Below, piece by piece: positions 47,433 through 56,704 of a DNA stretch of 64,000 nt (position 1 is the stretch's first letter; each line of letters starts with the position of its first letter). The stretch is from Candidatus Doudnabacteria bacterium (GTDB lineage Bacteria > Patescibacteriota > Doudnabacteria > UBA920). Location: positions 21,347-85,346 of the forward strand of contig JACRDK010000004.1 of the NCBI GenBank assembly GCA_016218585.1, written 5' to 3'. The notes under the pieces were generated by a model. That model saw nothing but the letters and a program-made list of their open reading frames with translations. It had not been told where the DNA came from and made no database searches. The translations under genes and the position numbers were made by a program.

Positions 47433-48680
47433 TTAAATTTTTGGTTCGGTGTAATCTTTGTAATCTCTAACCATATCTTCAAAATAATCATAACTAATTG
47501 CGGTGCGAATTTTTTTCATCAGATTTAAATAGAAACGCAAATTATGCATTGTTGCCAGGCGAATGGCCAGAGGCTCGCCTGTGGCGAACAAATGTCGCAA
47601 ATAACTGCGCGTATGGTTTAAACACAAATAACAATCACAGGTGTTATCTATTGTTGTAAAATCTTCTTTATATTTTTCCAAACGAATATCTATAGTAGAA
47701 TAACCTTCCTTTTTTGTGTCATCCCGGCCTTCGAGCCGGGATCCAGGATTCACTGCACTGGATTCCGGATACCCCTCGGATGCACTTGGGCTTCCGGAAT
47801 GACAAACAGCCGAAACATACAAACGCCCATGTCGTGCTTCGCGGGTAGGAATAACACAATCAAAAGTATCGCAGCCTCTGCTGGCGGCCTGAACTATATC
47901 AAATGGAGTTCCAACGCCCAAAAGATGCTTTGGTGAATTTTCCGGCAAATGGGGAATTGCGGCCTCAACTGCTTTCATCATTTCCTCGTGCGGCTCCCCT
48001 ACTGCCACGCCGCCAATGGCAAAAGCTTCAAAACCAAGAGCCACCATATCTTTGGCGGATTGTTCTCGCAAATCCGGGAATGAAGCGCCCTGAACTATGC
48101 CCCAAAGTTTTTGTCCGGGGTTTATAGGGTCGCCGTCTATAATTATTTTTTGATATTCTCTAATTGCCCGCTCGGCCCAGCGCTTGGTAAGCGCAATGGA
48201 TTCCTTGCTTCGTTCATACTCAAAAGGATAGCCGGGAAAATCGTCTAAAATTAGCGCAATGTCGCTTCCTAAATTCGCCTGAATGTCTACCGACTTTTCC
48301 GGAGACAAAATTTCTGTTTTGCCGTCCAAGTCAAACTGAAACACCACGCCGCCTTCCCCTACTTTTCTCATTTTGGCCAAAGAGAAAACTTGAAATCCTC
48401 CCGAGTCCGTAAAAATCGGCCCTTTCCAATTCATAAATTCGTGCAAGCCGCCGGCTTTATAAATAAGGCCGTCTCCCGGCCTTTGCCAGAGATGGTAGGT
48501 ATTGGCTAAAATAATATCCGCACCCCAGAATTTTAATTCTTCGGAAGTTATTGATTTTACCGCACCCTTTGTGCCAATTGGCAAAAACGCCGGAGTTTGA
48601 ATATCTCCGTGAGCGGTATGAATAACACCCGTTCTAGCGCGAGAGCCGGGATCGGATTTTAAAATTTCAAAATATGGCAT
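47433..48680 (-). CDS. tgt: Queuine tRNA-ribosyltransferase with an in-frame GC-rich palindromic insertion of about 40 aa
   Basis: Zinc site CxCxxC...H. The insertion VSAVCHSGSPSASEGYPESSAVNPGSRLEGRDDTKKEGYS is encoded at 47706-47830 and contains the hairpin TCCCGGCcttcgaGCCGGGA. Confidence 0.85.
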   Translation of the reverse strand: MPYFEILKSDPGSRARTGVIHTAHGDIQTPAFLPIGTKGAVKSITSEELKFWGADIILANTYHLWQRPGDGLIYKAGGLHEFMNWKGPIFTDSGGFQVFSLAKMRKVGEGGVVFQFDLDGKTEILSPEKSVDIQANLGSDIALILDDFPGYPFEYERSKESIALTKRWAERAIREYQKIIIDGDPINPGQKLWGIVQGASFPDLREQSAKDMVALGFEAFAIGGVAVGEPHEEMMKAVEAAIPHLPENSPKHLLGVGTPFDIVQAASRGCDTFDCVIPTREARHGRLYVSAVCHSGSPSASEGYPESSAVNPGSRLEGRDDTKKEGYSTIDIRLEKYKEDFTTIDNTCDCYLCLNHTRSYLRHLFATGEPLAIRLATMHNLRFYLNLMKKIRTAISYDYFEDMVRDYKDYTEPKI

Positions 48681-48758
48681 TGGCTAAATTATAACTGATT
48701 TATCTGAAAGTATAAAGCAAAAAACCGAACTAATTTAGAACGGTTTTTGCTAATAATT

Positions 48759-49097
48759 TTATTGAACTTTTTTATTCTTTTCCTTTTCTAAATCAGCTGA
48801 CAAATCATCCAGAAAATTTTTCAATGGCTTATCGGTATTACTTAGATTGCTTGATAATCCTTTAAAAAAATCTGCTATGCTTTTTGCAACTTCTGCCGCT
48901 TTTTCTGGACTTAAATTTCCAAATCCTTTTATGATTTCGATAATCGCCGCTTGACTCCCATAATCCAATCCCTTAAAAGAACTCTCCAAACTTCCTACCC
49001 AGCCCCTAGCTTCAGCCGGGACTTTGACTCCACTAAGTTCATTTAACTTACGAGAGGAACTAGAAATTCTGCCTTGTGAATTTTCTAATGAGTTCAT
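48759..49097 (-). CDS. Hypothetical protein
   Basis: ORF only. Confidence 0.35.
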   Translation of the reverse strand: MNSLENSQGRISSSSRKLNELSGVKVPAEARGWVGSLESSFKGLDYGSQAAIIEIIKGFGNLSPEKAAEVAKSIADFFKGLSSNLSNTDKPLKNFLDDLSADLEKEKNKKVQ

Positions 49098-49111
49098 ATT
49101 TTTATAATTAT

Positions 49112-51406
49112 TTATCTGTCAAAGTTTCTTCTTGGGGGGCGGGAGCCGCCGTGGCCGCCGCGGTTGCCACCCATTGGTCGGCGCGGACGGTCAAAACCGT
49201 GATCACCGCCTCCTTGAGCGAGTTGCTCAGGAGTAGCTGCTGCTGCAAACGGCTTATGGGTTAAATTAATTCTCCCTTGGTCGTCTATTTCGCTTACCTG
49301 AACCTTTAATGTGTCGCCAATCTTTACAACATCTTCTACTTTGTTCACGCGATAATTGGCTAACTGGGAAATATGGACAAGTCCGTCTTTGCCCGGCAAG
49401 ACTTCCACAAAAGCGCCAAAATCCATAATGCGAACAACTTTGCCTTCGTAAATTTCTCCCGGCTCAACTTCTTTAACAATATTTTGAATCCATTCCACTG
49501 CTTTCTTGGCGCTTTCGGCATCGGTAGAAGTTACCATAACCAAACCGTCGTCTTCAATATCAATTTTAACACCCGGGCAGTTGGCAATAATTTCGTTAAT
49601 GGTTTTACCGCCGCTGCCAATAACTTCGCGGATTTTATCAGGCTTGATTTTGAATGAAGTAATGCGAGGAGCATACGGAGACAAATCTGCGCGCGGAGCG
49701 GAAATAGCTTCTTTCATTTTGCTTATAATATGGGTACGGGCAGGTTTGGCTTGTTCTAAAGCTTTAGCCAAAATATCCGCACTCAAACCTTTTAGCTTCA
49801 TATCTAACTGCAAAGCGGTTACGCCGTCTTCGCTGCCGGTAACTTTAAAGTCCATATGTCCGTTAAAATCTTCTATTCCGGCAATGTCGGTTAAAACTTT
49901 AAAATTATTCGGGTTTTGTTCATCCATAACCAAACCCATGGCGCATCCGCCAATAATATGTTTTATAGGCACACCGGCATCCATTAAGGCCAGAGTTGAG
50001 CCGCAAGTGGAAGCCATAGAGGTTGAGCCATTGGAAGACATAATTTCAGAAACCAAGCGCATAGTGTAAGGGAATGCTTCCTGTTCCGGCAAAACTACTT
50101 CTACCGCGCGCTCAGCGAGCATACCGTGGCCAATTTCTCTGCGGCCAGGTCCGCGCAAAGGCGCAACTTCGCCAACAGAATATCCCGGCATATTGTAATG
50201 ATGAATATAGCGCTTGGTGCGGCCTTCAGTTGGATCTTCCATGCCGTCCAAAGTCTGTTCGTCACCTTTGCTGCCTAAAGTTACTACTGTAAGAGCTTGT
50301 GTTTCTCCGCGAGTAAACAAAGCGCTGCCGTGAGTTCTCGGCAATATTCCAACTTCGCAGGAAATTGGGCGAGTTTCGTTAAGAGCGCGCCCGTCCACGC
50401 GGCGTTCTTTTTCCAAAATTTGCTTTTGCTGATATTTCTTTAAAATTTTGTCTATAGATTTTGCAACTTCTTTTTCAATATTAACGCCTTCAATTTCGCC
50501 CAATGCGGCCATAGTTGCGGCAACAATTTCTTTAGACAAAGCGCTGACATTGGCTTCGCGGTCTTCCTTGCTTTTTACATACAAAGCCGCGTCTATTTTG
50601 TCGTCGGTCAATAATTCTTTAACTTTGGCAAAAACCTGTTCATTCGGTTTTATAATAATCGGTTCGGCTTTGGCTTTGCCAATTTGTTTGGCAAAATCCA
50701 GCTGGCATTTAACCAAAGTTCCTAAGAAGGGTTGCGCAAATTTAATTCCCTCTACAATTTCCGCTTCAGAAACCAGCTTAGCGCCCATTTCCACCATAAT
50801 AATGTGTTCGCCGGTACCACAGACAATTAAATCCATTGTGGAAGTTTCTTGCTGTTCGTGGGTTGGATTGATAATATATTTACCGTCAATTTTTCCAACT
50901 CTAACTCCGGCTACCGGACCGTCAAACGGCACTTCGGAAATAGCCAAAGCCATAGAGGCGGCGTTTACCGCGAGCATATCAGGTTCATTTTCTCCATCAA
51001 TGGAAAGAACCATGGCGGTTACCTGCACGTCGTTGCGCATGCCATCAGGAAACAACGGCCTTAAAGTTCGGTCAATAACGCGGCCCTTTAAAATTGCGTC
51101 ATCTGTTGCTCTGCCTTCGCGCTTAATCCAGCGGGAGCCTTTAATTTTTCCTGCCGCGTAAAGTCTTTCTTCGTAGTCAAGCAACAGTGGAAAAAAATCT
51201 ATTCCTTCCCTGGCTTTGTCATTCATAATTGTGGTTGCCAAAACAACCGTATCCCCTACGCGGGCTAATACGGCTCCACTGGCCTGACCGGCTAATTTGC
51301 CGGTTTCAAATACAAAATCAACTTCGCCGATTTTGCACGAAATCTTTTTGGATTCCATTTGGTTATCCTTTTGTTTCAAGAGACTGGCAAATTGACGATT
51401 CCCCAT
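49112..51406 (-). CDS. pnp: Polynucleotide phosphorylase with a Gly/Arg-rich C-terminal tail
   Basis: Two RNase PH domains, KH and S1 domains; tail GGGDHGFDRPRRPMGGNRGGHGGSRPPRRNFDR. Confidence 0.95.
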   Translation of the reverse strand: MGNRQFASLLKQKDNQMESKKISCKIGEVDFVFETGKLAGQASGAVLARVGDTVVLATTIMNDKAREGIDFFPLLLDYEERLYAAGKIKGSRWIKREGRATDDAILKGRVIDRTLRPLFPDGMRNDVQVTAMVLSIDGENEPDMLAVNAASMALAISEVPFDGPVAGVRVGKIDGKYIINPTHEQQETSTMDLIVCGTGEHIIMVEMGAKLVSEAEIVEGIKFAQPFLGTLVKCQLDFAKQIGKAKAEPIIIKPNEQVFAKVKELLTDDKIDAALYVKSKEDREANVSALSKEIVAATMAALGEIEGVNIEKEVAKSIDKILKKYQQKQILEKERRVDGRALNETRPISCEVGILPRTHGSALFTRGETQALTVVTLGSKGDEQTLDGMEDPTEGRTKRYIHHYNMPGYSVGEVAPLRGPGRREIGHGMLAERAVEVVLPEQEAFPYTMRLVSEIMSSNGSTSMASTCGSTLALMDAGVPIKHIIGGCAMGLVMDEQNPNNFKVLTDIAGIEDFNGHMDFKVTGSEDGVTALQLDMKLKGLSADILAKALEQAKPARTHIISKMKEAISAPRADLSPYAPRITSFKIKPDKIREVIGSGGKTINEIIANCPGVKIDIEDDGLVMVTSTDAESAKKAVEWIQNIVKEVEPGEIYEGKVVRIMDFGAFVEVLPGKDGLVHISQLANYRVNKVEDVVKIGDTLKVQVSEIDDQGRINLTHKPFAAAATPEQLAQGGGDHGFDRPRRPMGGNRGGHGGSRPPRRNFDR

Positions 51407-51459
51407 AGCTCTTAAGGCTATAAGTCTTCGCTATATCTGCCAACCTTTTGAAAACTTAA

Positions 51460-51873
51460 TTATTTTTTACTGCTTAAAACTTCCCTAATTTTACCTAAAA
51501 TTTCGTCCGGTGTAAAGTAGGCTTTTACCATATAACCGTCGACTTTTAGAGCCTGGGTTTTTAAAATATCTTCGTTGCTCCAAAGATTGCTTAGCACGAT
51601 TATTGGCAATGAAGCTAACTTTTTGTCTTTGCTGCCGCGGATTTTTGCCAAAACCTGAAAACCGTCCATCTCCGGCATCATTAAATCAAGCAACATTAAA
51701 TCAGGAGCGGACTCCTCGCACATTTCCACGGCACGAAGGCCATTTTCTGCATGGCGAACGTCATAACCGCTCGCAGTTAGCTTATGGCTTACAATTTCCG
51801 CCATCGCCGCGTCATCTTCAGCAACAATAATATTTATTTTTGTTTGAGCCATATATAATAAAAAATTTCCCAT
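51460..51873 (-). CDS. Stand-alone response-regulator receiver (CheY-like) domain
   Basis: IVAEDD...LMLLDLMMP...K receiver motifs; 137 aa with no output domain. Confidence 0.8.
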   Translation of the reverse strand: MGNFLLYMAQTKINIIVAEDDAAMAEIVSHKLTASGYDVRHAENGLRAVEMCEESAPDLMLLDLMMPEMDGFQVLAKIRGSKDKKLASLPIIVLSNLWSNEDILKTQALKVDGYMVKAYFTPDEILGKIREVLSSKK

Positions 51874-51907
51874 AATTATTATAACATAAATAGTATTTTC
51901 GCTTAAA

Positions 51908-51920
51908 TTGTGGTATAATA
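51908..51920 (+). promoter_or_regulatory. Extended -10 promoter element (TGGTATAAT) for the 51.9-58.4 kb operon
   Basis: TGnTATAAT about 30 nt upstream of the first start codon. Confidence 0.4.
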
Positions 51921-51949
51921 TTTAATATTATTTAATATTTACTTATATT

Positions 51950-53008
51950 TTGGCAAAACAAAAAAATAATAAAAATTCTGACCAATTTGAACTTAAGGAA
52001 TTCGACGGACACCGCCTAGTCTCTTTCATTTACGACCCCAAAACTAATCTGGAAGGTTTTATCGCAATTCACCGAGGAGACCCGGCTTTTGGCGCTACTA
52101 GAATTTGTTCATACCAAAATAGAACTGAGGCATTACGCGATGCGCTCAGGCTCTCCAAATTAATGTCGTACAAAGCAGCAATGGCTGGTTTGAAATATGG
52201 CGGAGCAAAATCAGTAATTATTCTTCCGAAGCAAAGTCAAAACAAAAATAACCTGCTTAAAGCCTATGCAAAAAAAGTTAATTTGCTTGGCGGACATTTT
52301 ATTACCGGTGCGGACGTTGGCATTTCTGCGGATGATGTTAAATTAATGCGGCAATCCAGTCCTTATTTTATCGGCGTTAATGTTGACCCGGTAAAATATA
52401 CAGCTTTAGGAATTTTTTACGCTTTAGAAGAATCTTTGAAAGAGATTTTTGGCGACAAAAGCTTGAGCAACAGGAGTTTCGCCATTCAGGGAGCGGGAAA
52501 AATTGGCACAGCCTTTCTAAAACATCTGTATGGGAAAACAAAAACTATTTATATTGCGGACAGCAACTTACAAAAGCTAAAAGAAGTTAAAAAAGCTTTT
52601 CCTAAAGTAATTATTACCAGCGTCGAAGACATATTTAAACAAAAAGTGGACGTGCTATCCCCTTGCGCTATGGGGCATGTTTTAAACTCCGAAACCATAA
52701 AACAAATAAGAGCGCCTTTAATTGTAGGCGGCGCAAATAACCAACTTGCAAGCCCTGAAATTGGCAATACCTTGTTTAAACAAGGTATCTTATACGCCCC
52801 CGATTATATTGTTAACGGAGGCGGAATGATTTCTGTTGTATCTGAATACGAAAATTCTAAAATAAATGACTCGAAAATAATAAAAAAACTGGATATTATT
52901 CCTCAGACTCTCGGCAAGGTCATAAAAAAAAGTTTACAACAAAAACTTGCAACCAATATTGTAGCCGATAGAATGGCTGAAAAAATATTCAACAATTTAA
53001 ATATTTAA
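51950..53008 (+). CDS. Glu/Leu/Phe/Val dehydrogenase-family amino-acid dehydrogenase (352 aa, Leu/Val/Phe-DH size); TTG start
   Basis: GFIAIHRGDPAFGATR and the KYGGAKSVI lysine motif; Rossmann fold GAGKIG. Confidence 0.75.
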   Translation: MAKQKNNKNSDQFELKEFDGHRLVSFIYDPKTNLEGFIAIHRGDPAFGATRICSYQNRTEALRDALRLSKLMSYKAAMAGLKYGGAKSVIILPKQSQNKNNLLKAYAKKVNLLGGHFITGADVGISADDVKLMRQSSPYFIGVNVDPVKYTALGIFYALEESLKEIFGDKSLSNRSFAIQGAGKIGTAFLKHLYGKTKTIYIADSNLQKLKEVKKAFPKVIITSVEDIFKQKVDVLSPCAMGHVLNSETIKQIRAPLIVGGANNQLASPEIGNTLFKQGILYAPDYIVNGGGMISVVSEYENSKINDSKIIKKLDIIPQTLGKVIKKSLQQKLATNIVADRMAEKIFNNLNI

Positions 53009-54507
53009 TGCCCACCCCGACGCCAAAACAAATTTTAAAAGATCTTAAATCCAAACAAGAAAACTACTGGCTAAAAAGAGGGGAAAATATGGCGCTCAAG
53101 CTTTTTAAGCAAATGGCAGCCAGAGTTCCCGCCTATAAAGACTTTTTAAAAAAACAAAAAATTAACCCGGATAAAATTAAATCGGGCGCAGATTTTTCTT
53201 CTGTCCCTGTAACTTCAAAAGACACTTACCTGCGCCGCTATCCGCTGGAACAACTTTGTTGGGATGGAAAATTTTCAAGCAAGCAGTGGGTAATTGCCGC
53301 TACATCGGGCTCAACCGGTGAACCATTTTATTTTCCAAGAACTTCAGAGCAAGACCGGCAATATGCATTATTAGCAGAGCTTTACTTAAAAACAAATTTT
53401 CAGATTGATAAAAAATCAACTCTTTATATAAATGCTTTTGCTTTAGGGATATGGATTGGCGGTTTGTTTACTTACCAGGCAATAAAATTAATTGCGGATA
53501 CGGGACAGTACCACTTAAGCATTATTAACCCAGGTTTAAATAAAAATGAAATTTTAAATGCGGTTAAAAAATTTGGCGGAAAATTCGACCAAATAATTAT
53601 TGGCGGCTACCCTCCATTTGTAAAAGAAGTTCTTGATGAGGGTGTTGAAAAAAAGATAAACTGGAAAAAAAATAATTTGAAATTCGTTTTTTCTGCTGAG
53701 TCATTCACTGAAAATTTTCGGGATTATATTTTAAATCTAGCCGGAGCTTCTAATCCTTATTTATCTACCCTAAACCATTACGGCACTGTTGATCAAGGAA
53801 CTCTCGCCTACGAAACGCCAATCAGCGTTTTAATTAGACGGCTCGAAGTTGAAGGGGGGCTAAAAAGCAAACCAATTTTTAGTGATTCTATGACTCAGCC
53901 AACATTAGCTCAATATTTACCTGAGATGTTTTATTTTCAAGAAGAAAGAGGGCGCCTAATTTGTTCCTCACAGAGCGGGATTCCATTATTTCGATATGAC
54001 CTGAAAGATAAAGGAGGCATAATACATTTTGAAAAAATGACAGAGCTTTTCTCAGAAAATGGCGTTGATTTAAAAAAAGAGTGTATAAATAAAAAAATTT
54101 CTGAAACGGTTTGGAAACTTCCCTTTGTTTATGTTTATGAAAGAAGTGATATGGTGGTTAGCTGGTATGGCGCCAATATTTACCCGCAGCATATCAAAGA
54201 ATCACTCCTTTTAACAGAACAGTCCGGCAAACTTACCGGCAAGTTCAGCTCCGTATTAGAGAGAGATAAAAACCACAATCCTTTTTTACACGTCAACATT
54301 GAACTTAAAAAAAATGTTCAACCCACGGCAAATCTTTCTAATTTACTAACAGCATCTTTAGTCAGAACTCTTTTAGAAAAAAATTCAGAATTTCGAAACA
54401 ACTACTCTACCCTGCCTAAAAAAAATACCCCAAAAATTACCCTTTGGCCTTATAAGAGCTCGCCTTACTTCAAAGGCGGAGGAAAACAAAAATGGACAAT
54501 AAAATAA
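53008..54507 (+). CDS. PaaK / coenzyme-F390-synthetase-like adenylate-forming ligase (ANL superfamily, COG1541-like)
   Basis: ATSGSTGEPFYFPRT P-loop analogue, YGTVDQG and RYDLKDKGG motifs; its start overlaps the upstream stop (TAATG). Confidence 0.6.
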   Translation: MPTPTPKQILKDLKSKQENYWLKRGENMALKLFKQMAARVPAYKDFLKKQKINPDKIKSGADFSSVPVTSKDTYLRRYPLEQLCWDGKFSSKQWVIAATSGSTGEPFYFPRTSEQDRQYALLAELYLKTNFQIDKKSTLYINAFALGIWIGGLFTYQAIKLIADTGQYHLSIINPGLNKNEILNAVKKFGGKFDQIIIGGYPPFVKEVLDEGVEKKINWKKNNLKFVFSAESFTENFRDYILNLAGASNPYLSTLNHYGTVDQGTLAYETPISVLIRRLEVEGGLKSKPIFSDSMTQPTLAQYLPEMFYFQEERGRLICSSQSGIPLFRYDLKDKGGIIHFEKMTELFSENGVDLKKECINKKISETVWKLPFVYVYERSDMVVSWYGANIYPQHIKESLLLTEQSGKLTGKFSSVLERDKNHNPFLHVNIELKKNVQPTANLSNLLTASLVRTLLEKNSEFRNNYSTLPKKNTPKITLWPYKSSPYFKGGGKQKWTIK

Positions 54508-54516
54508 ACAGACAAA

Positions 54517-55650
54517 ATGAAAAAAAATATTACAACAACTGAAGACCGCGAACTGTGGCAGCCAATCCACATAAAAAATATTGAGAATTGGCAAAAAACT
54601 CTTGCTAAATTAAACCAACCTTCAGGTGGTGTGACTTTTGTTAATGAGGCAGAAACGCAGCTAGAGGAGCTTTACCAATTGCGCAACCCAAAAACCAGAT
54701 TTTTGCAGGATTACAAAAAAGAGTCTGACGAATTCAAATTCAAAAACATTCACAAGACTGAATGGTTTTATTTTCCGTGGCTAAAAAAAATGGTTTTATT
54801 TCTGAAAGAAGACATGCATACTGAACTTCGGACAGGAAGAAACAGAAACTTAATTACCAGTCAGGAACAAAAAAAATTCTATAACAGCCATATTACGATT
54901 TTGGGAATGAGCGTTGGCAGCCACGTAGCGCTCACTATTGCTTTGACGGGCGGAGGAAAATTCCTCACTCTTGCAGATCCGGATAAAATTTCCGGATCCA
55001 ACATTAATAGAATTCGCACAGGTTTTTATAACCTTGGGTTAAATAAAACCAAAGCCGTCGCCAGACAAATTTTTGAAATTAATCCTTATTCTAAAATAAA
55101 AATCTATCCTGAAGGCGTTAACGAAAAAAATCTTCATTCATTATTAAACAATAAAATAGACTTATTAATTGAAGAAACCGATTATCCTTATCTAAAAATT
55201 AAAATTAGGGAAATGGTAAGGCCTCTTGGCATACCGGTTATAATGGCCGCAGATAACGGAGATGGCGTGATTGCAGATATTGAAAGATATGATAAAAACA
55301 AAAAACTTCAAATCCTGCATGGACTTTTAGGATCCATGACCTCGGAAGAGTTTAAATTAATCCCCCCTCGCAATCTGCCTAAAATTATGGCTAAAATTGC
55401 GGGCGCAAAACTTTCCAGCGTAAGGATGATTGAATCTGTTATGGAAGTTGGCAATACTTTATATTCCTGGCCGCAACTCGGAAGTGCTGCAACTTTATGC
55501 GGTTCAGTCTTGGCAAATATTGGCAGAAAAATACTGTTAGGCCAACCATTAAAAAGCGGGAGATACGATATTAATATTGACGGTTTTTTCGGCGAGGAAA
55601 AAAATAAAAAACGCAAGGCCGTGTTATTAAAAAAATTAGGTGTAGAATGA
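54517..55650 (+). CDS. E1-like ThiF/MoeB/MccB-family adenylyltransferase with an N-terminal extension of about 115 aa
   Basis: ILGMSVGSHVALTIALTGGGKFLTLADPDKISGSNINR nucleotide-binding motif; IDLLIEETDYPY; the N-terminal domain has no ThiF counterpart. Confidence 0.65.
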   Translation: MKKNITTTEDRELWQPIHIKNIENWQKTLAKLNQPSGGVTFVNEAETQLEELYQLRNPKTRFLQDYKKESDEFKFKNIHKTEWFYFPWLKKMVLFLKEDMHTELRTGRNRNLITSQEQKKFYNSHITILGMSVGSHVALTIALTGGGKFLTLADPDKISGSNINRIRTGFYNLGLNKTKAVARQIFEINPYSKIKIYPEGVNEKNLHSLLNNKIDLLIEETDYPYLKIKIREMVRPLGIPVIMAADNGDGVIADIERYDKNKKLQILHGLLGSMTSEEFKLIPPRNLPKIMAKIAGAKLSSVRMIESVMEVGNTLYSWPQLGSAATLCGSVLANIGRKILLGQPLKSGRYDINIDGFFGEEKNKKRKAVLLKKLGVE

Positions 55651-56702
55651 TTGAAAAAATAACAAAAATACTTACTGAGGCAAATTTTGCTCCATCAGGT
55701 GACAACTGCCAGCCATGGAAGTTTAAAATAACCCCTAACGGATTACTATTATTCAACTTACCCGAAAAAGATAAGTCGGTATATAATTTTAATCAAAAGG
55801 CTGCTTATATCTCGCATGGCGCATTTATAGAAAATATTAAAATTGCCGCCCTTGCACATGGTTTAAAAACCACTATAAATTTATTTCCAGACATAAAAAA
55901 CCCAGACCTCGTAGCCGAGCTTGATTTTTCGCCATCAAATGGAGAAATCGATAATTTGTATGAATTCATAGAAAAAAGACACACCAACAGAAAACCATAC
56001 CTAGCAAAGCCAATCAGTGAAAATCAACTTTCGGAACTACTAAACTTAAAAGTTGATTCTTTCGACGGGAAAATTGTAATGGTTACAGCGCGTGAACATA
56101 TAAAAACTTTAGCGCAACTATTAAGTATTAATGAGAAGATAGTATTACAAAACAAAAAACTGCACCAATTCTTGTTCGGCAATATTAGTTGGGGCCAGGA
56201 AGGCTTACAAAAAAATGACAAAATGTTCATAAAAACTCTGGAGATGAATCCGTTACAACAGTTCGTCTTCAAATTATGTTCCTCCTGGAAAATAATGAAT
56301 TTTTTTGACAAATTTGGGTTGGCAAAATTTATCTCCAAAGAGAATTCTAAAATATACTCTAACTCGGGTGCAATTGGAGCAATAATAACTTCAAAAAACT
56401 CCAAAACTGATTTTGTGCAGGGTGGCAGACTACTGCAACGAACTTGGCTATTAGCCACCTCCATGGGATTATCATTACAGCCACTTGCCGGCATGGCTCT
56501 ACTTAATCAGATATTGGTTGCGGGGCAAAGGCAAGCACTTTCGCCAGAACACGCTATGGAAATCGAGGATTCAATAAAACACATATCAACTTTGATTAAT
56601 TCCGGCGACGAAAATATAATCTTTATGTTCCGAGTCGGCGAATCATCCGCGCCTTCTGCCGTTACCCCGCGGCTTCCAGTTGAAGAAATACTCTCCAAAT
56701 AA
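55647..56702 (+). CDS. Nitroreductase-fold (two-lobed, SagB/McbC-like) FMN oxidoreductase
   Basis: APSGDNCQPWKF motif; 351 aa double-domain arrangement; ATGA overlap with the upstream gene. Confidence 0.6.
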   Translation: MIEKITKILTEANFAPSGDNCQPWKFKITPNGLLLFNLPEKDKSVYNFNQKAAYISHGAFIENIKIAALAHGLKTTINLFPDIKNPDLVAELDFSPSNGEIDNLYEFIEKRHTNRKPYLAKPISENQLSELLNLKVDSFDGKIVMVTAREHIKTLAQLLSINEKIVLQNKKLHQFLFGNISWGQEGLQKNDKMFIKTLEMNPLQQFVFKLCSSWKIMNFFDKFGLAKFISKENSKIYSNSGAIGAIITSKNSKTDFVQGGRLLQRTWLLATSMGLSLQPLAGMALLNQILVAGQRQALSPEHAMEIEDSIKHISTLINSGDENIIFMFRVGESSAPSAVTPRLPVEEILSK

Positions 56703-56704
56703 AA

